A stretch of 64,000 nt of DNA, taken from the IMG/VR virus record IMGVR_UViG_3300045256_000050, positions 1-64,000 of that record, one strand, 5' to 3'. A program made the position numbers and the translations under genes. The notes under the pieces were generated by a model. It made no database searches. It was not told the DNA's origin and was given only the letters and a program-made list of their open reading frames with translations. Shown here in pieces: positions 8,838 to 17,421 of the stretch (the stretch's first letter is position 1; every line of letters starts with the position of its first letter).

Positions 8838-9269
8838 ATGGGCAAGATGGTGCTGAAGGCCGGGACCAAGCGGGCCATCCACGTCTACACGAAGGTGCTG
8901 GTGGAGCGGATGAAGGAGGACAAGGGCCAGATGCTCTGGCTCGTCCGCTCCTCGCTCCACGACTACAAGAAGGCGATCATCTGTCGCCGGGTGGAGTGGA
9001 ACGGGCCGTGCAGCGGTGAGGACTTGTTCGGCAAGGCGTTGCCGGGCACGGGTGGGCGGGGCGTGGCGATCCTGTTCACTGAGGCCGAGTTGACCCTGCA
9101 CTTCGACGGGGACAAGGCCGAGATCATCGACATGGACGACGACGCCAAGCCCGCCGAGAAGAAGCCCGAACCGCCGCCGGTGGTGGTGAAGGTGGAGAAG
9201 CCCGATCCCCGCCCGGTTCGGCCGGGGGTGCGGATCATCAACCGGCGGACGCTTCAGCCGGTTGGTTAA
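8838..9269 (+). CDS. Hypothetical protein
   Basis: CCCAAGAGAGGG RBS module. Confidence 0.8.
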   Translation: MGKMVLKAGTKRAIHVYTKVLVERMKEDKGQMLWLVRSSLHDYKKAIICRRVEWNGPCSGEDLFGKALPGTGGRGVAILFTEAELTLHFDGDKAEIIDMDDDAKPAEKKPEPPPVVVKVEKPDPRPVRPGVRIINRRTLQPVG

Positions 9270-9388
9270 CAGCAAACTGAGGGGAGCGGGGGCCGTCCCC
9301 CGCTCTCTGACACCGACTGTCGTGGTGTGGTGGTGAGTCGAGTACCGGGGCGAATGAAAGCCCCAAACCCAACCTGAGAGGGATTCGC

Positions 9389-9730
9389 ATGAGCAGCAAC
9401 GCCGTGGCCGGGAAGTACGTCAACGTCCGCATCGAGGGGGCGACCGACGCCGACGTGTTCGCCGCCGCCGACCAGATGGGGGTGTGGACCCCGCCGAACG
9501 TCAAGGTGTACGACAAGCGGGACAACACCGGGGTGTTCATCTACGGCCGGAAGTACCTCGCCCAGACGGCGACGGTGCCCGCCCCGGCCCCGCAGCGGGT
9601 GCAGCCCCGGACGGTGAGCCGCCAGCGGCCCCCGGTCGTCCACGCCCCGACGGGCCGGGGCTACATCGACGACGCCGACGAGCGGGAGTGGGAGAACGCC
9701 ACGGGGCGGGACGGCCGACCGGCCTTCTGA
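9389..9730 (+). CDS. Hypothetical protein
   Basis: Stop is the repeat TGA. Confidence 0.75.
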   Translation: MSSNAVAGKYVNVRIEGATDADVFAAADQMGVWTPPNVKVYDKRDNTGVFIYGRKYLAQTATVPAPAPQRVQPRTVSRQRPPVVHAPTGRGYIDDADEREWENATGRDGRPAF

Positions 9731-9791
9731 CACCAACTGGTGAGGGGCGGGGAGATGATCCCCGCCCCTTCTTCTTTCACTGAGGACACAC

Positions 9792-10103
9792 ATGCGTCGG
9801 ATGCTGCTGGTTGGTGCGGTGCTGGGGCTGGCGAGCATGGGCCGGGCGGATGACAAGATCGTGGTGAAGGACAACAAGGGCACGACGATCATCATCAACG
9901 GGCCGGTGATCGTGAGCGGCAACAACAACATCGTGCAAATCGGCTCGGGCAACAAGGTGATCGTGAACAGCCCCGGAGCGGTGCAGAAGGGCACGAAGAA
10001 TGCCCCGTCCCGTGCTGGCTCCGTGTCAAAGCCGTGTGACGAGCAGGCCCAACGGCACGAGCAGCAGGTCGCCGCCTGGATGGCGATGATGGGCAAGCGG
10101 TGA
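9792..10103 (+). CDS. Secreted protein with short G-N-N-x-V/I beta repeats
   Basis: Signal-peptide-like N-terminus (MRRMLLVGAVLGLASMGRA); stop is the repeat TGA. Confidence 0.8.
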   Translation: MRRMLLVGAVLGLASMGRADDKIVVKDNKGTTIIINGPVIVSGNNNIVQIGSGNKVIVNSPGAVQKGTKNAPSRAGSVSKPCDEQAQRHEQQVAAWMAMMGKR

Positions 10104-10146
10104 CACCCCCTGACGAGGCGTCCTAGAACCCCCGGAGATCGAGAGC

Positions 10147-10416
10147 GTGGCAGGCAAGACGAAGACCAACAAGGTTCATTACATCCCGTCGTCGGAAGTG
10201 TTCGACGGCCGTCCGTTCGCCAAGCAGGCGTTGGAGGACAGCGGGCTGTACACCTACGGCGAGAATGACATCTCGCTGGTGAGCCGTGACAAGCTTATCG
10301 AAGGACTCGAAGGGCTGGACATCGAGGACGACGACGTGCAAGAAGAGGTAGACGGGGCTGTCGAGTACCTGCAAGGACTGCCCGCAACGATCTACATCGA
10401 CCTTGAGGACATGTGA
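10147..10416 (+). CDS. Acidic hypothetical protein
   Basis: GTG start; stop is the repeat TGA. Confidence 0.75.
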   Translation: MAGKTKTNKVHYIPSSEVFDGRPFAKQALEDSGLYTYGENDISLVSRDKLIEGLEGLDIEDDDVQEEVDGAVEYLQGLPATIYIDLEDM

Positions 10417-10473
10417 CACCGGCTGTCGAAGCGTAACGAAGACCACAACACACTACCCAAGAGAGGGGCGACG

Positions 10474-10770
10474 ATGAACAAGATGCCGAAGATCAGCAGC
10501 TACGGCCCGTACAGCGGCAACTACGGGACGCACTGCATGCAGGTGGAGATCGGGAGCGTCACGCTGTACTTCAGCTACCAGACGCTCATCGCCTTCAGCA
10601 CCCCGGAGGGCCGGGTGGTGAGCAAGAACTGCTGGGGGCCGACGACCGGGAAGCACCTGAACAGCATCGACGGGGGCGACAAGAAGTCCCGGCTGGACCG
10701 GGACGAGTTCGAGGCCAAGTGGAAGGAAGTCGCCGAGCGGTTCAACGTCGAACCCGCCCTGACCATCTGA
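10474..10770 (+). CDS. Hypothetical phage protein
   Basis: 'FSYQTLIAF...TTGKHLN' motif typical of a widespread phage ORFan family; stop is the repeat TGA. Confidence 0.85.
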   Translation: MNKMPKISSYGPYSGNYGTHCMQVEIGSVTLYFSYQTLIAFSTPEGRVVSKNCWGPTTGKHLNSIDGGDKKSRLDRDEFEAKWKEVAERFNVEPALTI

Positions 10771-10822
10771 CACCATCTGTAACCGGGGCGGGGAATCACC
10801 CCCGCCCCTCAACCCTGGAGAG

Positions 10823-11026
10823 ATGAACGTGTTCCCGGCTGTCACCGAAGCGACTCACAAGGAACTGGCCCAACTACGCTACGCCCAGAAGGTAGCGGGG
10901 GCGTGGCTCGCAAACGAAGTCGCCGATACCGACCACTACGGGCGGCGTAAGTCGGTGGTGGAGATGAGCAAGGCCGACAAGCGGGCGAAGAAGCTACAGA
11001 AGAAGCTCGCCCGACGGGCAGCCTGA
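10823..11026 (+). CDS. Hypothetical protein
   Basis: GGAG RBS; stop is the repeat TGA. Confidence 0.75.
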   Translation: MNVFPAVTEATHKELAQLRYAQKVAGAWLANEVADTDHYGRRKSVVEMSKADKRAKKLQKKLARRAA

Positions 11027-11080
11027 CACCGACCGCTAGGGGGCGAGGACGACTCGCCCCCTTCACTCACTGAGGCGACG

Positions 11081-11332
11081 ATGGAAAGCCACTACGAGAT
11101 CAACGTCAGCAAGTGCGAGAACCCCGGCACGAAGATCGGGACGCCCCGCTACAAACACTTCTTCGCCACGGCCCCCCGCAGCATCAAGAGCAAGCACGAG
11201 TTGCGGGTGTTGCTCGACGAGTTCAAGGCGAAGTTCCCGGAACCCGAGTACCTGATTACGGCGACGTACAACGAGTGCATCGGGTACAGCGTGGACACGA
11301 GCGACGAGCGGCTGACGGTGGACAAGTCCTGA
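11081..11332 (+). CDS. Hypothetical protein
   Basis: CACTGAGG RBS; stop is the repeat TGA. Confidence 0.8.
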   Translation: MESHYEINVSKCENPGTKIGTPRYKHFFATAPRSIKSKHELRVLLDEFKAKFPEPEYLITATYNECIGYSVDTSDERLTVDKS

Positions 11333-11365
11333 CACCGGCTGTCGGGGCACCAACGAGGACAACCG

Positions 11366-11728
11366 ATGAGCTTCCTGACCAAGCGGGCCGACAGCTACGC
11401 CAAAGTCGCCGAGAACTACCGGCGGCTCGAAGGGGTGTGCATCAAGTTCGGGCTGGTGCCCAAGAGCGGCGACCTGTTCACTGAGGAAAGCTGGCCGATC
11501 CCCGTCCATGAGGACGACCGGCCGCTGGAATACTGGCCGAGTGAACGGGTGGGCAGCGTGCTGTTGACGAAGCCGGGCACGTTCCCGGAACACGTCGCAG
11601 CGGTGCGGGTGAACGCTGACGGCTACTACGGCCACGTCATCGGGGCGGGTGGCAATCACGACCTGTACGCAAGCGACCTGGAGCATCTGCTGCAACGGGC
11701 CGGGCTGACACCGGCTGCCGGGGTGTAA
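11366..11728 (+). CDS. Hypothetical protein
   Basis: GAGGA RBS; ends in the repeat (LTPAAGV*). Confidence 0.8.
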   Translation: MSFLTKRADSYAKVAENYRRLEGVCIKFGLVPKSGDLFTEESWPIPVHEDDRPLEYWPSERVGSVLLTKPGTFPEHVAAVRVNADGYYGHVIGAGGNHDLYASDLEHLLQRAGLTPAAGV

Positions 11729-11744
11729 CCAAGAGGACAACGAG

Positions 11745-12041
11745 ATGCCAGTGATCGTGAAGTACGACAACGGGTTCGACACGAAGCTGCTCAAGGCTGA
11801 CAAGCTCGAAGCTCTGGTCAGCCAGCACGGTTCGCCGACGTTCGACACGGCACGCAACCTGTGGGTGTTCGCCGACGGCACCACCTACCTGTTCAAGAAC
11901 CCGTTCCCCGGCGACCGGCGGACCGTGACCGGGTTCTCGGTGGTGCCCTGGACGGACGGCGACCGTGACCTGCGAGAGAAGCTGAGCCGCCCCGACCCGA
12001 TCCGGCGGTGCTGCTGGTGCCGCTGCTACCACTACAACTGA
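11745..12041 (+). CDS. Hypothetical protein with a Cys-rich C-terminus
   Basis: GAGGA RBS; stop is the repeat TGA. Confidence 0.75.
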   Translation: MPVIVKYDNGFDTKLLKADKLEALVSQHGSPTFDTARNLWVFADGTTYLFKNPFPGDRRTVTGFSVVPWTDGDRDLREKLSRPDPIRRCCWCRCYHYN

Positions 12042-12066
12042 CACCGGCTGCTGAGGCGTGGAGGAC

Positions 12067-12250
12067 AGCATGGTAAACGCAAGAGACGGGCCGGGTTGAG
12101 TGACGGTCGTCATTCAACAATACTCTGTGTGGGAGACTGAGCATGACCCGTGCAAGGCCACCGCCGGTATAACTCAACCTGTCGCATACCGGATTCGCAC
12201 CGAAGGCAACCTGCGAGCCACGAACCCACCGGAAAGGAGCGTGTACCATG
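12067..12250 (+). ncRNA. Candidate structured ncRNA occupying a cassette slot
   Basis: Closing helix CATGGTAAACGC (about 12068-12079)/GCGTGTACCATG (12239-12250); inner helix GGGTTGAGT/ACTCAACCT; alternative CCGGTAT/ATACCGG; no good ORF. Confidence 0.5.
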
Positions 12251-12359
12251 AAGCGGTCGTAACCCTTACCTCATGATGATCGGCCGGGGCGGGGAGGAGA
12301 CTAACCCGCCCCCTTCTGACACCGACTGTCGAAGCGTAACAACACCAGAGGACGGGACG

Positions 12360-12557
12360 ATGGACACGAGCAAGCTGAGCGGCTGGCAGCGTCAGGTTCG
12401 GCAGAACATCCGCAACGCCTTCCTCACCGCCACCCGTGCGGAGTTGGAGAAGGCGTTGAGCAACTACCCCGATGACTTCAGTAAGGAGTGCATCCGGGAG
12501 ATCATCGCCGAGTGCGATGCGGCCGGGGTGGACAATGCCGGTAAGCGGCCTGCCTGA
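12360..12557 (+). CDS. Hypothetical protein
   Basis: GAGGA RBS, ATG at 12360; stop is the repeat TGA. Confidence 0.75.
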   Translation: MDTSKLSGWQRQVRQNIRNAFLTATRAELEKALSNYPDDFSKECIREIIAECDAAGVDNAGKRPA

Positions 12558-12604
12558 CACCGGCTGTCGGGGTGTGAGACGGACAACCCAAGAGAGGGAA
12601 GACG

Positions 12605-13141
12605 ATGCAGATTGTCAACGGCAAGCTCGTGCTGGGCAAGAAGAACTGCAACTGCGGCGACGGCACCGTGTCCACCCGAGTGACCTGCAAGTCGTGCAAC
12701 GGCAGCGGGCGGGGCAAGCGGGGCGGGGCGAGGGGGTGCAAACCGTGCTACGGCAACGGCACCACCTACGACCACGACAAGCGGAGCGTGTGCCCGCAGT
12801 GCAACGGCAACTTCAAGGATCACGACGACGAAGATACCTGCGACTACCTTCCCGCCGGGGTGTTCGCCGGGTTCACCTTCCGGGTCTACTACGGCGGGCA
12901 GATGACCATCGGTGAGGCGTTGATGGGGCTGGGCTGTGTGTTCTCGTGTGGCGACTACGGGGCCGCATGGAAGGAACGCAACGACGAGAAGTTGATCGCC
13001 GACGTGCGACAGCACAGCGGGGTGCAAGCCACGAAGGTTGTCGATAAGGACAACAACGTGGCCGACCACATCGGGATTTTCGTGACGCCGAGCGGGTACA
13101 CGGTGAAGCCGGTGTTCGTGACACCGGCTGTCGGGGTGTGA
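12605..13141 (+). CDS. DnaJ-type zinc-finger (CxxCxGxG repeats) protein
   Basis: CNCGDG, CKSCNGSG, CKPCYGNG, CPQCNG motifs; ends in the repeat (VTPAVGV*). Confidence 0.85.
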   Translation: MQIVNGKLVLGKKNCNCGDGTVSTRVTCKSCNGSGRGKRGGARGCKPCYGNGTTYDHDKRSVCPQCNGNFKDHDDEDTCDYLPAGVFAGFTFRVYYGGQMTIGEALMGLGCVFSCGDYGAAWKERNDEKLIADVRQHSGVQATKVVDKDNNVADHIGIFVTPSGYTVKPVFVTPAVGV

Positions 13142-13200
13142 TAGGGACGGACAACGGGGGCGAGCAACACCGCTCGCCCCTCACCTTCACTGAGGCGACG

Positions 13201-13446
13201 ATGACCCCGACGAAGCACAACATCATCATCGACGGCGACGTTTCGGCGAGCGACCTGATCGACTCGTGGAACAACGGGAACAAGAGCTACGTTCTGGACA
13301 AGTTGGAGAACGACCACGCCGGGCTGACGGCTCTGGTTCTCGTGAGCGGGGCGACCGACAAGCGGCTGAGTCTCGCCGCCTGCAACGAGATCACCAACAA
13401 GCTGATCGACCGGCGGCGGGAGATGATGCTTCGGGCCGAGCGGTGA
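13201..13446 (+). CDS. Hypothetical protein
   Basis: CACTGAGG RBS, ATG at 13201; stop is the repeat TGA. Confidence 0.8.
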   Translation: MTPTKHNIIIDGDVSASDLIDSWNNGNKSYVLDKLENDHAGLTALVLVSGATDKRLSLAACNEITNKLIDRRREMMLRAER

Positions 13447-13482
13447 CACCGGCTGTCGTCGTGTAACCAAGAGGACACGACG

Positions 13483-13758
13483 ATGGTCAAGCTCAACGCT
13501 CGCACCCGGATGTTGGTCAACGACGCTCTGCACGACATGTGCAAGCGTCGTCACCGCTCGATCCCCCTGTCCGACATCACTTCGCTGCTCGCCACCCACG
13601 GGCTGAAGATTGAGGAATGTATCCTCACCGGCCGGGTCGGCAACGCACAGATTGACGTGCTGACCACCGACGGGCAGGACGTGAATAGCTGGCTGGTGCT
13701 GTCGTGGATGAAGGGCGACATCGACCACCAGTGGGAAGTGAACGCCTACCTGTCCTGA
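13483..13758 (+). CDS. Hypothetical protein
   Basis: GAGGA RBS; stop is the repeat TGA. Confidence 0.8.
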   Translation: MVKLNARTRMLVNDALHDMCKRRHRSIPLSDITSLLATHGLKIEECILTGRVGNAQIDVLTTDGQDVNSWLVLSWMKGDIDHQWEVNAYLS

Positions 13759-13814
13759 CACCGGCTGCTAGGGGGCGAGGAAGACACTCGCCCCCTTCAC
13801 TGAGGACAACGCTC

Positions 13815-14039
13815 ATGACGATTCAGGCTCCCGCCCCGTTCCACGACGGCACGTTCGTCCTGCACAAGATCGAACTCAACGGGCACAAGTATTCCGCATG
13901 GTTCGGCAAGGACGGGGTTGTGTTCTCGGCCGAGCGGTTCAGCCGGGACAATCAGAAGACGTTCAACGTCCCGCTCAACCGTCAGAAGAACGTGGCCGAG
14001 CAGTTGACCAAGATCGGCAAGCGGTACACGGGCCGCTGA
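13815..14039 (+). CDS. Hypothetical protein
   Basis: CACTGAGG RBS, ATG at 13815; stop is the repeat TGA. Confidence 0.8.
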   Translation: MTIQAPAPFHDGTFVLHKIELNGHKYSAWFGKDGVVFSAERFSRDNQKTFNVPLNRQKNVAEQLTKIGKRYTGR

Positions 14040-14084
14040 CACCGGCTGTCGAAGTGTAAGAAACCCACACACTGAGGACGAACG

Positions 14085-14312
14085 ATGTACGCTCTGCTCG
14101 CCGAGTTCCGCCGGGGCAACAAGTACAACATCACCCTCAAGACGGGCAACGACGTGGCGAAGCTGGCCGACCTGGGGTGGATCGTGTTCGACGACCCGGC
14201 GGTGCTGGTCGCCGAGATGGAGAGCGGCAAGAAGATGCTCAACATGAAGTACGAGAAACGGGAGCAGATCATCGCCTACCTCCGGGCGATGACACCGGCT
14301 GTGGCGGTGTAA
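14085..14312 (+). CDS. Hypothetical protein
   Basis: CACTGAGG RBS; ends in the repeat (MTPAVAV*). Confidence 0.8.
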   Translation: MYALLAEFRRGNKYNITLKTGNDVAKLADLGWIVFDDPAVLVAEMESGKKMLNMKYEKREQIIAYLRAMTPAVAV

Positions 14313-14335
14313 GGCAACCCAAGAGAGGGACGACG

Positions 14336-14605
14336 ATGGCCTACCGCCTGACGCTGACGAAGGGTGAGCGGGATGCGATTGACTGGATCGGTCATCGCTA
14401 CCGCCACGGCGACGAGTTCTATCGCCTGCTGATGGAATGCACGGCGACCCCGGACGACGCCGATTGGGACGACGAGCGGGATATCGAGTACACGATCCCC
14501 GAACACGTCGCCTGGACGATGGGCGAGATCATCGACGAAGGGCTGGACTGCTTCGCCGACGAACTGTGCAGCAAGCTCCGGGCCTTCCGCAACCGCATCG
14601 TGTGA
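14336..14605 (+). CDS. Acidic hypothetical protein
   Basis: CCCAAGAGAGGG RBS, ATG at 14336; stop is the repeat TGA. Confidence 0.8.
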   Translation: MAYRLTLTKGERDAIDWIGHRYRHGDEFYRLLMECTATPDDADWDDERDIEYTIPEHVAWTMGEIIDEGLDCFADELCSKLRAFRNRIV

Positions 14606-14662
14606 CACCGGCTGCTAGGGGGCGAGGACAACCCTCGCCCCTCACCTTCACCGAGAGAAGAC

Positions 14663-14920
14663 ATGAACCGCACCCCGAGCATCCTGTCCGGCCTCCGCAC
14701 CGCCACCGTCGCCCCGGTCGCCCCGGTCAACGTGAGCCACAAGCGGGTTGACCTGTTCAACAGCATGTGCAACGGCACCGAGATCACGATCATGTCCCGG
14801 CCCGACGGCAAGTACCACACGGGCATCGTGACCAGCATCGCCCGTGAGGACGGCAGCGGGTACAAGTTCCTGGTCCGCCTGCACAACAGCCCGACGATCC
14901 ACTACGTCGTGATGATGTGA
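14663..14920 (+). CDS. Hypothetical protein
   Basis: Stop is the repeat TGA. Confidence 0.8.
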   Translation: MNRTPSILSGLRTATVAPVAPVNVSHKRVDLFNSMCNGTEITIMSRPDGKYHTGIVTSIAREDGSGYKFLVRLHNSPTIHYVVMM

Positions 14921-14966
14921 CACCGGCTGACGGGGCGTAACGATCACCCGCACTGAGGACACGACG

Positions 14967-15161
14967 ATGGCGAAGAAGATGCACACGACGGCCCCCATCA
15001 AGGACAAGGGGGCCGAGTTGTTCGCTCCGATCAAGCTCAGCGTTGGGCTGGGCCGGGTCGGGCACCAGCAGCACACCGGCGGCACCGGGTTCCACAACAG
15101 CCGGAAGCGGGCTGGCAACCGCTCGCAGCAGACCCGCAAGGCGGTCGCCGAGTACGCCTGA
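14967..15161 (+). CDS. Small basic protein
   Basis: CACTGAGG RBS; stop is the repeat TGA. Confidence 0.8.
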   Translation: MAKKMHTTAPIKDKGAELFAPIKLSVGLGRVGHQQHTGGTGFHNSRKRAGNRSQQTRKAVAEYA

Positions 15162-15197
15162 CACCGCCTGTGGTGGTGTAAGAAACCCAAGAGAGGG

Positions 15198-15452
15198 ATG
15201 CAGATGAGTCGTGAACGCTCGCTGGTTCGTGCGATCCGTGAAGTCAAGGTGCGGAAGCACCACCGTGACCTTGCCAAGCTGATCGCCGACCAGATGGACC
15301 CCGAGAACGTCGGGATCGACGGCCGACCGATCTACCGCAACGTCCACGTCGCTCGCCGCCACCTGCTGATCGACTGGCAGAAGTCGTTCCGCAAGCGTCG
15401 GTGCCGACGGTGTGCCCGGCGAGTCGCCAAGTGCGAACTCCGGGCTGCGTGA
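15198..15452 (+). CDS. Arg-rich small protein
   Basis: CCCAAGAGAGGG RBS; stop is the repeat TGA. Confidence 0.75.
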   Translation: MQMSRERSLVRAIREVKVRKHHRDLAKLIADQMDPENVGIDGRPIYRNVHVARRHLLIDWQKSFRKRRCRRCARRVAKCELRAA

Positions 15453-15528
15453 CACCGGCTGTAGGGGTGTGAGAGGGGCGGGCGAGTGACCCGCCCCTGA
15501 CCTGCGACCTTCACTGAGGACACGACAC

Positions 15529-15942
15529 ATGGCGACCCGGCTCTACCCGCACACGAAGAACACCGTCATCATCGAGAAGCTGCTGGGCGTGCCCGAAGGC
15601 ACGGCCCTCCGGCACGCCGCCCTCAACGAGCCGTTCAAGCAGGCGAAGGCCAAGCTCAACGAGGGGTTCGCCGACCTGACGCTGGAGCAGCAGGCCGAGC
15701 GGCGGCGGGAGTACATGCGACTGGACGAGGCCGAGTGGGACGCCAACAACTCCAGCGAGGAGATCGCCAAGTACGACGGGTTCTTAACCTTCGGGTGGGG
15801 CCGGGTGGTGCATCGGCACTGCTCCGAGCCGAGCGGCTACACCAACGACCCGGTGCTGGTCGCCCAAATCCTCCGGGCACAGGGGGTGACGCTCCCGCCC
15901 GACGTGAAGATCGAAGACCTGGAAGGGCTGGGGTGGTGCTGA
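15529..15942 (+). CDS. Hypothetical protein
   Basis: CACTGAGG RBS; stop is the repeat TGA. Confidence 0.8.
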   Translation: MATRLYPHTKNTVIIEKLLGVPEGTALRHAALNEPFKQAKAKLNEGFADLTLEQQAERRREYMRLDEAEWDANNSSEEIAKYDGFLTFGWGRVVHRHCSEPSGYTNDPVLVAQILRAQGVTLPPDVKIEDLEGLGWC

Positions 15943-16009
15943 CACCGGCTGTAGGGGTGTGAGAGGGGCGGACGAGTGAGCCGCCCCCACACCCAAGAGA
16001 GGGAACACG

Positions 16010-16342
16010 ATGGCGACCCGCAACCGCTGGAACAAGTGGAACATCCGGGCCAAGCTGAAGACCGACTTCAAGTGGTGCCGCCGGGCACTGATCGTGCTGT
16101 ACCAGCGGCAGACCGCTGACGAGCAGTCGGCCACCCGGACCAAGCACGACAACGACCGGGGCTTCAACCAGCCCGACGCCCGGCGGGGCAGCGAACTCGC
16201 CCGCAAGGCCATGACGCCGGTGCTGTTCGAGCCGTGGGAAGTGATCGAGGCCCGCAAGCTCCTGATGAAGTACGCCGGGCAACTCGCCCGGATCGCCAAC
16301 GAGAAGGAGCGGGCGGCGAAGGCCCGGCCGGTGACGGTGTGA
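16010..16342 (+). CDS. Conserved phage hypothetical protein
   Basis: 'RALIVLYQRQTADEQ...N.RGF..PDA...KYAGQL' motif seen in many phage proteins; stop is the repeat TGA. Confidence 0.85.
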   Translation: MATRNRWNKWNIRAKLKTDFKWCRRALIVLYQRQTADEQSATRTKHDNDRGFNQPDARRGSELARKAMTPVLFEPWEVIEARKLLMKYAGQLARIANEKERAAKARPVTV

Positions 16343-16424
16343 CACCGGCTGAGGGGGTGTGAGAGAGACGGACAACGGGGCGGGTGAGTGACCCGCCCCT
16401 CACCTTCACTGAGGACAGACGACG

Positions 16425-16619
16425 ATGCCGACCTTCGGACTCAAGCACAACATCGGCAGCAACACGACCACCGCCGGGAAGTTCGACAGCAGCGGCCTGA
16501 CCTACCTCGGCATGCTGAGCGGTGAGAAGGAGATCAAGTGGACGACGATGACCCTGGCGGCGGGCATCTACCACATGTACACGAACGGCAGCGAGATGTA
16601 CCTGTTCCCGGAGCAGTGA
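16425..16619 (+). CDS. Hypothetical protein
   Basis: CACTGAGG RBS; stop is the repeat TGA. Confidence 0.8.
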   Translation: MPTFGLKHNIGSNTTTAGKFDSSGLTYLGMLSGEKEIKWTTMTLAAGIYHMYTNGSEMYLFPEQ

Positions 16620-16687
16620 CACCGGCTGAGGGGGTGTGAGAGAGGGGCGGGCGAGTGACCCGCCCCCTTCACTAAGGAGCATCGCAC

Positions 16688-16870
16688 ATGTCGAAGTACA
16701 ACGTCCGCCGCCTGAACCACCTGCTCGCCAAGCACACCGCCTTCCGCTCGCTCGCCGACCTGCTCACGAGCGTGGCCGGTGGCTACACCCCGACGATCAT
16801 CTGCCGCACCTGCCAGCACGGCGAACTCGTCCGCCTGCTCCGGGACAACGGGGTGGCTGTCCGGGTCTGA
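16688..16870 (+). CDS. Hypothetical protein
   Basis: AAGGAG RBS; stop is the repeat TGA. Confidence 0.75.
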   Translation: MSKYNVRRLNHLLAKHTAFRSLADLLTSVAGGYTPTIICRTCQHGELVRLLRDNGVAVRV

Positions 16871-16916
16871 CACCGGCTGAGGGGGTGTAACGAGGACACA
16901 ACGGAGGACGCAAGAC

Positions 16917-17402
16917 ATGGCGACGAAGACCAAGACGGCCACGGTCCCGACGACGACGGTGCTGGACGAGACGAAGGCCGGTCGCAAGCGGGCGACGAAG
17001 GCCAAGCCGGTGACGGGTCACACCGGCAAGCAGAAGATGGCCCTGGTGCTGGGCGGGGCCGCAACGTTCGTCCTGGCCCTGAGCGTCTGGGAAGTGACGA
17101 CGGCCCTGACGACGCTCACGAAGATGCCCCTGGTGATCGCCGCACTGATGGCGGTGGGGATCGACGTGGTGATGGTGCTGTGCGAGATGGCGGTGATCGC
17201 CGCCCCCGACACGGACGCCGCCCGGTGGGGTAAGCGGTACGTCGGAACGACGGTCGGCCTCAGCATGTTACTCAACGGGCTGGCCGCTACGCAGCACGCC
17301 GAGGGGATGTGGTGGCTGCTCGCTGCCCCGGTCGGTGCGATCATGCCGGTGCTGGTCTACATGGCCTTCCGGGTGGCGGGCAGCCTGTACGTTAACAAGT
17401 GA
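16917..17402 (+). CDS. Four-TM membrane protein (DUF2637/SpdA-like)
   Basis: Four hydrophobic helices, 'GID' and 'LSMLLNG' motifs; last gene of the array. Confidence 0.8.
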   Translation: MATKTKTATVPTTTVLDETKAGRKRATKAKPVTGHTGKQKMALVLGGAATFVLALSVWEVTTALTTLTKMPLVIAALMAVGIDVVMVLCEMAVIAAPDTDAARWGKRYVGTTVGLSMLLNGLAATQHAEGMWWLLAAPVGAIMPVLVYMAFRVAGSLYVNK

Positions 17403-17421
17403 CACCCTGCGAGTTGAGTAA

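Noticed and set aside
1208-17344. Many minus-strand ORFs across the array
   Set aside because: These are shadow ORFs of GC-rich coding DNA; their recurring QPVS/DSRC peptides are just the reverse-translated repeat.
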